A stretch of 64,000 nucleotides of DNA from Rhodospirillaceae bacterium (GTDB taxonomy: Bacteria; Pseudomonadota; Alphaproteobacteria; UBA6615): NCBI GenBank assembly GCA_038117265.1, contig JAYOFO010000006.1, positions 1,696 to 65,695 of the forward strand, written 5' to 3'. The notes beneath the pieces were generated by a model. That model made no database searches and was not told the DNA's origin. It saw nothing but the letters and a program-made list of their open reading frames with translations. This document shows positions 1 to 9,319 of this stretch, one piece after another. How positions within the stretch are numbered: the first letter of the stretch is position 1; the number at the start of each line of letters is the position of its first letter. The position numbers were made by a program, and so were the translations under genes.

Positions 1-905
1 AGGCCGCCGGTCACGACCCCGCGGCGCGTGTCGAACCAGCGGTCGAGCGGGCCGTAGGCCAGCGCGCTGACGAGCCAGGCCACCGAGACGATGAAGATCA
101 CGTTGCCGCGCGCAACGATGTCGAGCCCGTACACGTCGTTCAGGTAGGGGCCGATCCACAGGTTGCGCACGGTCACCAGGGCACCCACCGACATCGCGGT
201 CACCGCGGCGAACGAGTAGATGCGCCTGTCGGTCAGAACCATCCGCAGGCCGAGGATCGTTTCGAGCAGGGTTTCGCCGCCGACCGGTTGGGTTGCATCC
301 TCGGGTCGGTCGCGGATCATCAGGAACAGGATGAGCGCGATGGCGAGCGAGAACAATCCCACGACGAACAGGGTCTCGCGCCAGCCATAGGTCTCGACCG
401 CAACGGCGAAGGGTGAGGCCGAAAGCAGCATACCGGCGCCGCCGATAGAGATCGAGATTGCAGTGCCCGTCGCCAAACGGTCGCGCGCGATCCAGCGCGA
501 CAGCAGGACAATCACACCCATGAAGACCGGTGCGGCGCCGCAGCCGATCAGGAACAGCCCGATCGCCAGACCGGTAACGCTCTCGGCGTAGGAGATGACC
601 AACGTGCCGATGGCGGCCAGGGTGAACAGCGCCGACATCGACCGGCGCGGCCCGAAACGGTCGAGCAGCACCCCGACAGGCAATTGCATCAGCGCCGCGC
701 CGAGGAAGATCGCGGCAGGCAGGCTGGAGAGTTGGGCCGGGGTCAGTGCCAGCTCGGCACGCAGGTCGGGTGCGATGACGGCCGGCGCGGAACGTAGGAA
801 ATGCGCCAGGATGAACGCGATCCCCAGGACGGGCGCCATCCGCGCGATGGCGGCGCGACGGCTGTAGGGATGTGCGGTCGCGATGTCGGTCTGGCCGCTG
901 GGCAT
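1..905 (-). CDS. MFS-family transporter (N-terminal part; gene runs off the window start)
   Basis: Minus-strand translation from ATG ~905 reads MPSGQTDIATAHPYSRRAAIARMAPVLGIAFILAHFL... with successive hydrophobic helices and an MFS-like loop (LLDRFGPRRSM). No stop before position 1. Absent from the ORF track because it is open-ended. Confidence 0.55.
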   Translation of the reverse strand, partial: MPSGQTDIATAHPYSRRAAIARMAPVLGIAFILAHFLRSAPAVIAPDLRAELALTPAQLSSLPAAIFLGAALMQLPVGVLLDRFGPRRSMSALFTLAAIGTLVISYAESVTGLAIGLFLIGCGAAPVFMGVIVLLSRWIARDRLATGTAISISIGGAGMLLSASPFAVAVETYGWRETLFVVGLFSLAIALILFLMIRDRPEDATQPVGGETLLETILGLRMVLTDRRIYSFAAVTAMSVGALVTVRNLWIGPYLNDVYGLDIVARGNVIFIVSVAWLVSALAYGPLDRWFDTRRGVVTGG

Positions 906-1035
906 CTGGATCCGGGGGCGAATGTGGCGCTGGGGCACACCGGAGTGTGCGGGAGTACAGAATCTATGTCGCGTGCACGGCCCTGTCCAATCGGCGATTC
1001 GCGTCTAGAATGGGCGCAAAGTTAAGGGGGAGGAC

Positions 1036-2154
1036 ATGCGCATGGCCGGGCGAGGCGCCGAAATCGGGCTGGCCGTCATCGGCTGCGGGCCGATCGGACG
1101 CATCCGCGCCGAACTGGCGCATGCCTATCCGGGCGTCGGGTGGCTCGCCGTCTGCGACATCCGCGAAGACCTGGCGCAGGATCTGGCGAGCGACACCGGG
1201 GCGGACTTCTGGACGACCGATGCCGACGAGCTCCTGGCACGTCCGGAGGTCAATGCGGCGGTGATCGCGACCAACGAGTCCGCCCATGTCGCGCCGGTGA
1301 TGAAGGCCGTCGAGATGGGGCATCGGCTATTCATCGAGAAACCGTTGGCCGTCGATGTGCGGGACTCCGCTTCCGTGATGCGGGCGATCGAGGATGCGGG
1401 CGTCGATGCGGTGATGGGCTACACTCAGCGCTTCCGCCGCCGGTTCCTGGTGGCCAAGGAGAAACTCTCCACGGGCCAGATCGGCGACGTGACCGCAGTC
1501 TCGGCGCGCGCCATGCTCAACCGCACCATCGCCGAAATGTGCCTCGCGCGTTCGAACCGTCACGACACGACCACCCCGGTGGTGATCAGCGGCACCCACA
1601 TCCTCGACATGTGCCTGTGGCTGCTAGAGGGGCGCACGCCGACGTCTGTCTATGCCCATTCGACCGACCACATTTTCGGGTCGGCCGGCAGCAAGGACAC
1701 GACCTTCGCCATCATCACCTTCGACGACGGCACCATGTTGTCGCTCAACCACAGCTGGGCCGCTCCGCAGGTCTGGCCGGGCGGCGTCTACGGCATGCAG
1801 ATCGGGATCATCGGCGACAAGGGTGTCCTCGACATCGAAGACATGCACCGCGATCTGGTGCTCGCCAGCGAGCTCGCCCAAGGCGCGGGCTACAAGAAGG
1901 ACGGGGATTCGATCGCCCGCCATGTTGACTTCCTCGGCAGCATCCCGTTCGGCGAGCACGCGGTGGGGCAGGTCTGGGGGCCCGTGCGCGAGGAGACCAA
2001 CAGCTGGTTCCAGCGGCTCTACATGGGCGAGGCGACGCCCCACACGACGGCGCGCGAAGGGCACGCGAACCTGATGCTGTGCATGGCGATCGACCTGTCG
2101 GCCGCGCGCGGTGTGCGGCTCGACCTGCCGCTGGATGTCGCCGACTACGACTGA
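1036..2154 (+). CDS. Gfo/Idh/MocA-family NAD(P)-dependent oxidoreductase
   Basis: 372-aa ORF. N-terminal Rossmann motif (LAVIGCGPIGRIRAE). SD AAGGGGAGG 5-8 nt upstream of the ATG. First gene of a tightly spaced three-gene operon. Confidence 0.8.
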   Translation: MRMAGRGAEIGLAVIGCGPIGRIRAELAHAYPGVGWLAVCDIREDLAQDLASDTGADFWTTDADELLARPEVNAAVIATNESAHVAPVMKAVEMGHRLFIEKPLAVDVRDSASVMRAIEDAGVDAVMGYTQRFRRRFLVAKEKLSTGQIGDVTAVSARAMLNRTIAEMCLARSNRHDTTTPVVISGTHILDMCLWLLEGRTPTSVYAHSTDHIFGSAGSKDTTFAIITFDDGTMLSLNHSWAAPQVWPGGVYGMQIGIIGDKGVLDIEDMHRDLVLASELAQGAGYKKDGDSIARHVDFLGSIPFGEHAVGQVWGPVREETNSWFQRLYMGEATPHTTAREGHANLMLCMAIDLSAARGVRLDLPLDVADYD

Positions 2155-2177
2155 CGCGCGAACAGGGGAGACATCGC

Positions 2178-3848
2178 ATGGCCGGAATGACGGGCGGGCG
2201 CTACATTGCCGAGATGATGCAGGGATACGGGGTGACGCATGTGTTCTTCATGCCCGTCATCACCGTGCGTGCGCTGATGGAGATGGAAGCGCTGGGCATC
2301 CGACGAATCCAGACCCATGGCGAGAAGGCCGCGGCCTACATGGCCGACGGCTATGCCCGCATCGCGGGCCGGGCCGGCGTCTGCATGGCGCAGGCGGTCG
2401 GTGCGGCCAACCTGGCCGCGGGCCTGCAGGACGCCTTCCTCGCGGGATCGCCCGTGGTGGCGATCACGGGCCGACGGCCCCAGGCCCAGCAGCAGCGACA
2501 CGCCTATCAGGAGGTCGATCATCGCGCGCCGTTCGCCGCGGTGACGAAGTATTCTAACGTCGTCACGGCTGCCGACCAGATGCCGCGCGCCCTGCGCCAA
2601 GCCTTCCGCGAGGCGGTGAGCGGGCACCCGGGGCCGGCGCATCTCGATCTCGACGGGCTGATCGGCCAGTTCGTCGAGAATGACGAGATCGCGGAGCCGC
2701 TGGTCATCGAGGAACCGTTCACCAGGGTGCCGCCGTTCCGTCCCGAACCCGATGCGACGAACCTTGCCGCGGTCGCGTGCGAGATCGATGCGGCGAAGCG
2801 TCCCATCGTCGTCGCCGGCGGCGGGGTGAAGCACAGCGGTGCGGGCGCGGAACTGGTCGCGTTCGCCAAGCGCGCGTCGATCCCGGTCGCCACCTCGCTC
2901 AACGGCAAGGGCACGATCCCCGACGGCCATCCGCTCAACGTCGGCGTCGTCGGTGGATACTCGCGTGCGAGCGCCAACCGGGCCGTCTGTGAGGCCGACC
3001 TGGTAATCTTCGTCGGCACACGCACCGGCGGCATGACCACCGCCGACTGGCGGGTGCCACCCATGGGCACGCCGGTCGTGCAGATCGACCTCGACCCGCG
3101 CGAGCTGGGACGCAGCTATCCGGTTCGTGCCGCGGCCCAGGGCGATGCGAAGACCGCGCTTGCGAAGCTGGCCGATCTCTGCGGGCTGGACGATTCGCGC
3201 ACCTCATGGTGCGATCGCGCCGCCGCACTCGTCGCCGAGTGGCACGCCGGCCTAGAAGACCTGAAGGCGTCCGATGCCGTGCCGATCCGCACCGAGCGGC
3301 TGTGCCGCGAGCTGACCGAGGGCCTGCCGTCGGACGCAATCCTGGTTTCCGACACCGGGCATGCCGGGATCTGGACCGGGGCGATGATCGACCTCAAGCA
3401 TCCGGGACAGAGCTATATCCGCTGCGCCGGCTCGCTCGGCTGGGGGTTCCCGGCCTCGCTCGGCGCCAAGTGCGCCGCGCCGGATCGGCCGGTGATCTGT
3501 TTCACCGGCGATGGCGGCATCTGGTACCACCTGATGGAGATGGAAACGGCGGTGCGCTGCGGCATCGACACCGTGACCGTCGTCAACAACAACCACTCGC
3601 TGAACCAGGAACAGCACCTGAACGAGGATGTCTATGGCAGCCGCACGCCGGGGTCGGACGAACTGTGGGTCTTCCCGGAGTCCGACTTTGCGGCGATCGC
3701 CGCCTCGATGGGCGGTCTGGGCCTGACGGTCGAGCGGCCGGGCGACTTCGCCGGCGCGCTCGCCCAGGCACTCGCGGCCGACCGGCCCGCGCTGATCGAC
3801 GTGAAGACCGACATCGAGAGCTTCACCCCGCCAACCTGGTTGCCCTGA
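2178..3848 (+). CDS. Thiamine-pyrophosphate-dependent enzyme, acetolactate synthase / benzoylformate decarboxylase / IolD-like family
   Basis: ORF-track 2079..3848 trimmed to the ATG at 2178 (SD AGGGGAG upstream). N-terminal pyrimidine-binding domain. C-terminal TPP-binding GDGG motif (ICFTGDGGIWYHLMEMETAVR...VVNNNHS). 556 aa. Confidence 0.8.
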   Translation: MAGMTGGRYIAEMMQGYGVTHVFFMPVITVRALMEMEALGIRRIQTHGEKAAAYMADGYARIAGRAGVCMAQAVGAANLAAGLQDAFLAGSPVVAITGRRPQAQQQRHAYQEVDHRAPFAAVTKYSNVVTAADQMPRALRQAFREAVSGHPGPAHLDLDGLIGQFVENDEIAEPLVIEEPFTRVPPFRPEPDATNLAAVACEIDAAKRPIVVAGGGVKHSGAGAELVAFAKRASIPVATSLNGKGTIPDGHPLNVGVVGGYSRASANRAVCEADLVIFVGTRTGGMTTADWRVPPMGTPVVQIDLDPRELGRSYPVRAAAQGDAKTALAKLADLCGLDDSRTSWCDRAAALVAEWHAGLEDLKASDAVPIRTERLCRELTEGLPSDAILVSDTGHAGIWTGAMIDLKHPGQSYIRCAGSLGWGFPASLGAKCAAPDRPVICFTGDGGIWYHLMEMETAVRCGIDTVTVVNNNHSLNQEQHLNEDVYGSRTPGSDELWVFPESDFAAIAASMGGLGLTVERPGDFAGALAQALAADRPALIDVKTDIESFTPPTWLP

Positions 3849-3865
3849 ACGAAAGGCGTTTGACG

Positions 3866-4606
3866 ATGAACCGGATCAACCTCGAGGGCCGGATTGCGGT
3901 CGTGACGGGCGGTGCCCAGGGGATCGGCCGCGCGATCGCCGAACGGCTGATCGAATCCGGTGCGAAGGTCTGGCTGTGGGATCTCGACGCGGATCTCGGC
4001 GCGGCGGCGGCGAAGGAGCTGGGCGCGTCCTCGCTGGCCGTCGACGTGGCCTCGCCCGGCGGTGTCGCGGCCGCCGCGCGCGCGGTGGTGGACGCCGATC
4101 GGCGCATCGACATCCTGGTCAACAATGCCGGAATCTCGGGCGCTAACGCGCCGGTCCACGAGTATCCCGTCGACGCCTGGCAGTCCGTCATTGAGATCAA
4201 TCTCAACGGCACCTTCTACTGCTGCCGCGCGGTGGTGCCCCACATGATCGAGGCGGGGTACGGGCGGATCGTCAACGTCGCGTCGGTGGCCGGTAAGGAG
4301 GGCAACCCGAACGCCGCGGCTTACAGCGCATCGAAGGCGGGGGTGATCGGGCTGACCAAGTCGCTGGGCAAGGAACTGGCCGACCGCGACATCGCGGTGA
4401 ACTGCGTCACCCCCGCGGCCGCGCGCACCGCGCTGTTCGACCAGATGACCGAGGAGCATGTGAACTACATGCTCTCGAAGATCCCGCGCGGGCGCTTCGT
4501 ATTGGTTGAGGAGATCGCCGGAATGGTCGCGTGGCTCGCCTCGGCCGAGAATGCGTTTGCGACCGGCGCGGTGTTCGACATCTCCGGCGGTCGCGCGACC
4601 TACTGA
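3866..4606 (+). CDS. Short-chain dehydrogenase/reductase (SDR)
   Basis: 246 aa. TGGAQGIGRAIA cofactor motif, NNAG, catalytic YSASK. Start found by codon-counting inside the longer ORF-track ORF 3206..4606. Confidence 0.85.
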   Translation: MNRINLEGRIAVVTGGAQGIGRAIAERLIESGAKVWLWDLDADLGAAAAKELGASSLAVDVASPGGVAAAARAVVDADRRIDILVNNAGISGANAPVHEYPVDAWQSVIEINLNGTFYCCRAVVPHMIEAGYGRIVNVASVAGKEGNPNAAAYSASKAGVIGLTKSLGKELADRDIAVNCVTPAAARTALFDQMTEEHVNYMLSKIPRGRFVLVEEIAGMVAWLASAENAFATGAVFDISGGRATY

Positions 4607-4634
4607 GGCCGCACGTACACGCAGGCGCTCGGAA

Positions 4635-6428
4635 TCAGGCCGCCTTGCGCAGCTCTGCCCGCCGTGCCTCGGTCGCCGCCCGGTCGATGGCCAGCGTGTC
4701 GTCGTCGATCTCGCCGGTGAAGACCACGCCATAGACATCGCGTGCCTTGTCGCGTGTCTCCCAGCCCTCAATCACGTCGAGCAGGACCCGCTCGGGTTCG
4801 CGGTCGAGCGGATCGCCGTAACCGCCGCCGGCGGAATCGCGCCCACGCACCCGCTGGCCCACCTCGAGGCGAACCTGCGCCACGTTGGCCAGCCGCTCGG
4901 GCTGGGCGTCGTCCTGGATCAGCCAGGTCTCGCCCGCCGTGCCGGGTTTGCCGCCAAGCACGCCGCGCGGCTGCGCGTGCTGGCCGTCGCACGAGATAAC
5001 GGCGGTCATCGGTGCGTTGGTGGGGCCGTACTCGATCTGCTGGGCCGGGGCGCCGCGGCGTCGCCCGGCACCGGCGGAATCGGTGACGAGAGTGAGTGAC
5101 TCGACCCGGATCGGATGCTTGAGCTCGTCGACCTCGACCGAGTCCCGGTACATCAGGCCCGCGATCACCGGGATCGCGTAGTTGACCCATCCGTCGGCCT
5201 CGGCGCTCGCCGGGCCGCCGTTGGTCGACAGCATCAGGCGGTTGACATAGGGCTGCCCGCCGCGCCGCCCGTCATTGCCTGAGATCACCGCCATGCCGGC
5301 GCCGAGGCCCGCGCCGCCTTCCGACAGTCCCATTCCTTCACCCAGCTGGGCAAAGGCCGACTGGGTGATGTTGACCAGCCGCTCGGCGACGTTGGTGGTT
5401 GAGACCGAACAGGAATGCGGGAAGGTGGGGGCCGCCACGACGCTGTCCTCGGCATACTGGAAATGCAGCCGGCGGAACGAGCCCTCGTTGCGCGGCAAAT
5501 CCTTGTCGAGCGCGTTGAAGATCGCACCGACGACCGCCGAGGTGGCCGAGCCCAGCGATGTGTTGAGGCCGGCGTCGACCGAGGGCGGGTTGTCGCGCAG
5601 GTCGACATGAATCTCCGCCGCGTCGGGGTCGATATCGATCTTCACTTTCAGTTCCAGCCCGTCGGGCAGCATGCCCTCGAGCGGATCCGAGCGGCCGGTG
5701 TTCACCAGATGTGCCTTGGGCAGCTTGCGAATGTTGTCGATCATCCGGCGTTCGGAATAGTCGAACCATTCGCGCATGAAGGCCTTCACCGTGTCCTTGC
5801 CGTACTTCTCGCAGAATGCCTCGAGCCGGCGCTCGGCGATGCGTGCCGAGCCGAGCCCCGCCAGGTAGTCGCCGTACCACTGGTCGGGTACGCGGATGCG
5901 CGCCCGGCACATGCGCATGATGTCCTCGATGTTCTTGAAGTCGCGCTGGATGCGCACGCCGGGAAAGACCAGCGCGCCTTCCTCGTAGACGTCGCGCGCG
6001 CGCACGAAATAGCTCGACGGGATCGAGTTGCCGATGTCGGCCATGTGGCACTTCGAGACGGCGGTGAACAGGTGCTCGCCCTCCCAGAACACCGGCACCA
6101 AGAAGGTGTGATCGGCCGGGTGCGTGTTGCCGCCATACGGGTCGTTGTCGAGATACGCATCGCCGCGCCTGATGTCGTCGCCGTGATACTTGCGCATGTT
6201 GGCGGTCTGGATGTGGCAGCCGAAGATGTGCACCGGCAGACCCTCGGCGGGCGCCAGCAGTTCGTCGTTGCCCGTCACGAGGCAGCACGAGAAATCGCGC
6301 GCCGACGAGATCACCGCCGAGCGGGCGGAACGCAGAAGGGTGTTGGTCATCTCGCGGACGATGCCGTCGAGACGGTTCGCCATGACGGAGATCAGGACGG
6401 GATCGAGCGTGGTTTCCGGTTCGGACAT
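4635..6428 (-). CDS. hyuB: Hydantoinase B / oxoprolinase family protein
   Basis: 597-aa ORF with full-length similarity to the HyuB/OplaH-B family (N-methylhydantoinase B / acetone-carboxylase alpha-like fold). ATG at 6426-6428. Immediately downstream of hyuA. Confidence 0.85.
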   Translation of the reverse strand: MSEPETTLDPVLISVMANRLDGIVREMTNTLLRSARSAVISSARDFSCCLVTGNDELLAPAEGLPVHIFGCHIQTANMRKYHGDDIRRGDAYLDNDPYGGNTHPADHTFLVPVFWEGEHLFTAVSKCHMADIGNSIPSSYFVRARDVYEEGALVFPGVRIQRDFKNIEDIMRMCRARIRVPDQWYGDYLAGLGSARIAERRLEAFCEKYGKDTVKAFMREWFDYSERRMIDNIRKLPKAHLVNTGRSDPLEGMLPDGLELKVKIDIDPDAAEIHVDLRDNPPSVDAGLNTSLGSATSAVVGAIFNALDKDLPRNEGSFRRLHFQYAEDSVVAAPTFPHSCSVSTTNVAERLVNITQSAFAQLGEGMGLSEGGAGLGAGMAVISGNDGRRGGQPYVNRLMLSTNGGPASAEADGWVNYAIPVIAGLMYRDSVEVDELKHPIRVESLTLVTDSAGAGRRRGAPAQQIEYGPTNAPMTAVISCDGQHAQPRGVLGGKPGTAGETWLIQDDAQPERLANVAQVRLEVGQRVRGRDSAGGGYGDPLDREPERVLLDVIEGWETRDKARDVYGVVFTGEIDDDTLAIDRAATEARRAELRKAA

Positions 6429-6443
6429 GTCAGTCTCCGTGAA

Positions 6444-8519
6444 TCAGCGGCAGTCGAGGATGTAGTCACCCGCCGCGCTCAGGCTCGCGCGCATGCCGGG
6501 GTAGACGACGATCGTCGTGGTGGGTTCTTCGATGATGGCCGGACCCGCGACCTGGGCGCCCGGCTCCAGGGTCTCGCCCCGGTAGATCGGCGTGTCGACA
6601 CGGTTGGCATCGCCGAAGAAGCAGCTTCGCGTCGCGCTGGCCGCTGGCGTGTTGGTGGTGTCGATCGGGTCGGGCGCGGGCGGCGGGTCGAAGGGCCGGA
6701 TCGAGATCCGACCCTTCCAGTTCACGCATTCGACCGGGCTGTCCTCGTCGCGCACCGCATAGACCCGCTCGTGGGTCTGGTGGAAGGTCTCGATCAGGTT
6801 CGCCACATCCTCGTCGTTTTCCAGACGGGGCTTCGGCAGAATCGTGTCGAGTTCCCAGACCTGGGCGCGGTAGCGCGCCTCGGCGAAGTATTCCACCGTA
6901 ACCTGGGAGTCCGCCGCAATCCGCAACCCGTCACGGAAACCCATCAGTTCGGCCTCGATCTCGTCCAGCGCCGTGTTGACGCCTTCGCGGTCGAACCCGG
7001 TGGAATCGGTGAACCGGCTGCGGGTCGCCTCGAACACGATCGAGGAATACTGCATACCGCACGCCGACAGGGCCGAGGCCGTGCGCGGCAGGATCACCGT
7101 GTCGCAACCCAGCTCCTTCGCGATCGGCATGATGTTGAAGCCGGCGGCACCGCCGCCGGCGACGATCACGCTCTCGCGCGGGTTCAGCCCATCGTTGACG
7201 GTAATCTCGCCGATCGCCTTGATCATCAGCTCGTTGGCGATGACCATGATCGCGTGGGCGGTTTCGTCGATAGCCTTGCCCAGTGTCTGCGCGAATGCAC
7301 CGATCACCCGCTCGGCCGCGGCTCGGTCGAGCGACAACCGGCCGCCGTTGAAATAGTCGGGGTCGATATAGCCCAGCACCAATGCGGCATCGGTGACCGT
7401 GGGCTCGTTACCGCCGTTGCCGTAACAGGCTGGGCCGGGAACGGAGCCCGCGGATTGGGGCCCGACCCGCAACAGGCCGCCCGCATCGACCCAGGCGATC
7501 GAGCCACCCCCGGCGCCGATCGAGCGCACGTCGACGGTTGAAGCGCCGATGATGTCGCCCAGCCAGCGCTGGCCGAGCCAGCTGTCGCGCGAGTAGACGA
7601 GCTGACCATCGCGCACCAGCCCCACGTCGAAGGTCGTGCCGCCCGTGTCGCAGACGATGGCGTCGCCACCCATCCGCTCGAGCGCGGAGTAGGCACGTGC
7701 GGCCACCGGCGCCATGGCGGGCCCAGACTTCAGCGTGTTGATGGGGCGCTCGACCAGGGTCTCGACCTCCTGGCAGCCGCCGACCGAGGTCGAGACCAGA
7801 AGGTCGCCGGTGAATCCGGCGTCGCGGAGATCGGACTGCATCTGACGCAGATGTGCCTGCATCAGCGGTTTCAGCGAAGCGTCGATGGCCGTCGCCGATG
7901 CGCGTCGATACTCGCGCAGGATCGGCGCGAGCCGGTGAGAGAGCGTGTAGGGGACGCCCGGCAGAACCTCATCGATCAGCTCGCCGATGCGCGCCTCGTG
8001 GCTGTCGTTGGCGATCGACCAGAGCAGCGAGACGGCGATCGCCTCGAACCCGCGGTCGCGGATCGTCTGCAGCACGCTGCGCACCTGCGCCTCGTCGAGC
8101 GGGCGCACCACCTCGCCGCCGGCACCGATTCGTTCGTCGATCTCGAACGTGTAGCGGCGCGGGATATAGGGCTGGGGGTAGTCGTAGCTGTAGTCGTGAG
8201 GCCCGTGCTTGCCGCCCTCCTTGAAGAGCAGCACGTCGCGGAACCCCGTGGTGGTGAGAAAGGCCGTGCGTGCCGTCTGCTTGGTCACGATCGCGTTGGT
8301 CGCGCGGGTCGTGCCGTAGATCAGGATGTCGGTGTTGGCGAGCAGGTCGCGCGTCGGCTGCCCGACGGCTTCGGCCACGACATCGAGCGCGGCGAACATG
8401 CCTTCCGAGATTCGGGCGGGCGTGGTCAGCGCCTTGCCGACATGGAAGCGATCATCCTCGTCCAGCAGGACCATGTCGGTGAAGGTGCCGCCCGTGTCGA
8501 CGGCAATACGGAAACCCAT
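6444..8519 (-). CDS. hyuA: Hydantoinase A / oxoprolinase family protein
   Basis: 691-aa ORF. N-terminus [19 protein letters not shown] is typical of the HyuA/ASKHA-fold ATPase family. SD GGGGAGAG 8 nt upstream of the ATG at 8519. Confidence 0.85.
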   Translation of the reverse strand: MGFRIAVDTGGTFTDMVLLDEDDRFHVGKALTTPARISEGMFAALDVVAEAVGQPTRDLLANTDILIYGTTRATNAIVTKQTARTAFLTTTGFRDVLLFKEGGKHGPHDYSYDYPQPYIPRRYTFEIDERIGAGGEVVRPLDEAQVRSVLQTIRDRGFEAIAVSLLWSIANDSHEARIGELIDEVLPGVPYTLSHRLAPILREYRRASATAIDASLKPLMQAHLRQMQSDLRDAGFTGDLLVSTSVGGCQEVETLVERPINTLKSGPAMAPVAARAYSALERMGGDAIVCDTGGTTFDVGLVRDGQLVYSRDSWLGQRWLGDIIGASTVDVRSIGAGGGSIAWVDAGGLLRVGPQSAGSVPGPACYGNGGNEPTVTDAALVLGYIDPDYFNGGRLSLDRAAAERVIGAFAQTLGKAIDETAHAIMVIANELMIKAIGEITVNDGLNPRESVIVAGGGAAGFNIMPIAKELGCDTVILPRTASALSACGMQYSSIVFEATRSRFTDSTGFDREGVNTALDEIEAELMGFRDGLRIAADSQVTVEYFAEARYRAQVWELDTILPKPRLENDEDVANLIETFHQTHERVYAVRDEDSPVECVNWKGRISIRPFDPPPAPDPIDTTNTPAASATRSCFFGDANRVDTPIYRGETLEPGAQVAGPAIIEEPTTTIVVYPGMRASLSAAGDYILDCR

Positions 8520-8627
8520 TTTTCAAACTCTCCCCGTTGATGGGCATGCCCTGTTATTTTTCTGCAGGCCGGCACGCCGTGGTTAAATACTCCGATACCA
8601 GGACGTCCGGTGCAATGGAGAACGGGA

Positions 8628-9266
8628 ATGGACTACGCCGAACGGGGATATGGCGACAAGGCCGTGGGCTGGGGGCAGCGGCCGGGCGTGGTCGTCGTCG
8701 ACTTCCAGCGCGGCTTCACCGATCCGGCATTCCGGATGGGCGGCGCCCCCATGATCGACCGGGCGGTCGAGAACACGGTCGCGGTGATGAAGGGGGCCAA
8801 GGCGGCCGGTTTCCCGATTGCCGCCTGCGCGATGGGCTATCACTCGCCCGCCGCGATGCCGCACTGGAAGATCGCGCCCCTGCGCGAAGAGTTGATCGCC
8901 GGCCATCCTTCGGTCGAGCTCGACCCCCGGATTGCGGCGGCGGAGCCCGACCTCGTCGTGATGAAGGGCGCGCCCTCGATCTTCTTCAACACGCAAGTGA
9001 CCCCCTTCCTGATCGGCCACGGGGTCGACACGGTCGTGGTCACCGGCTGCATCACCTCGGGCTGCGTGCGTGCCTCGGTCATCGACAGCTTCAGCCTCGG
9101 TTTCCGCACGATCGTGCCCGAGGACTGCGTCGGCGATCACGAAGAGGAGCCCCATATCGCGAACCTGCGCGACGTGGAGCGGCGGTATGCGGACGTGGTC
9201 GATGCGGCCGCCGTGATCGATGCCTTCGAGAGCCTGAGCCGGCGCAACGCGTCGGGCGCCGACTGA
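8628..9266 (+). CDS. Isochorismatase-family cysteine hydrolase (N-carbamoylsarcosine amidase / YcaC-like)
   Basis: Conserved VVVDFQ Asp strand, MKGA Lys region and catalytic Cys in [18 protein letters not shown] 8628 preferred (GGAGAA SD); alternative ATG 8610. Divergent from hyuA. Confidence 0.75.
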   Translation: MDYAERGYGDKAVGWGQRPGVVVVDFQRGFTDPAFRMGGAPMIDRAVENTVAVMKGAKAAGFPIAACAMGYHSPAAMPHWKIAPLREELIAGHPSVELDPRIAAAEPDLVVMKGAPSIFFNTQVTPFLIGHGVDTVVVTGCITSGCVRASVIDSFSLGFRTIVPEDCVGDHEEEPHIANLRDVERRYADVVDAAAVIDAFESLSRRNASGAD

Positions 9267-9319
9267 CGGCCGGCTCGGCGAACCGCATATCTGACGAGAG
9301 CTCCTGGAGACGACGCACG

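Noticed and set aside
5415-7541. 708-aa plus-strand ORF
   Set aside because: Antisense to hyuB/hyuA. Arg/Ala/Gly-rich low-complexity translation typical of high-GC antisense frames. No recognisable domains.
4635-8519. Acetone or acetophenone carboxylase interpretation of hyuAB
   Set aside because: No gamma or extra small subunit gene and no AcxR-type regulator nearby. The adjacent cysteine hydrolase fits a hydantoinase or lactamase context better.
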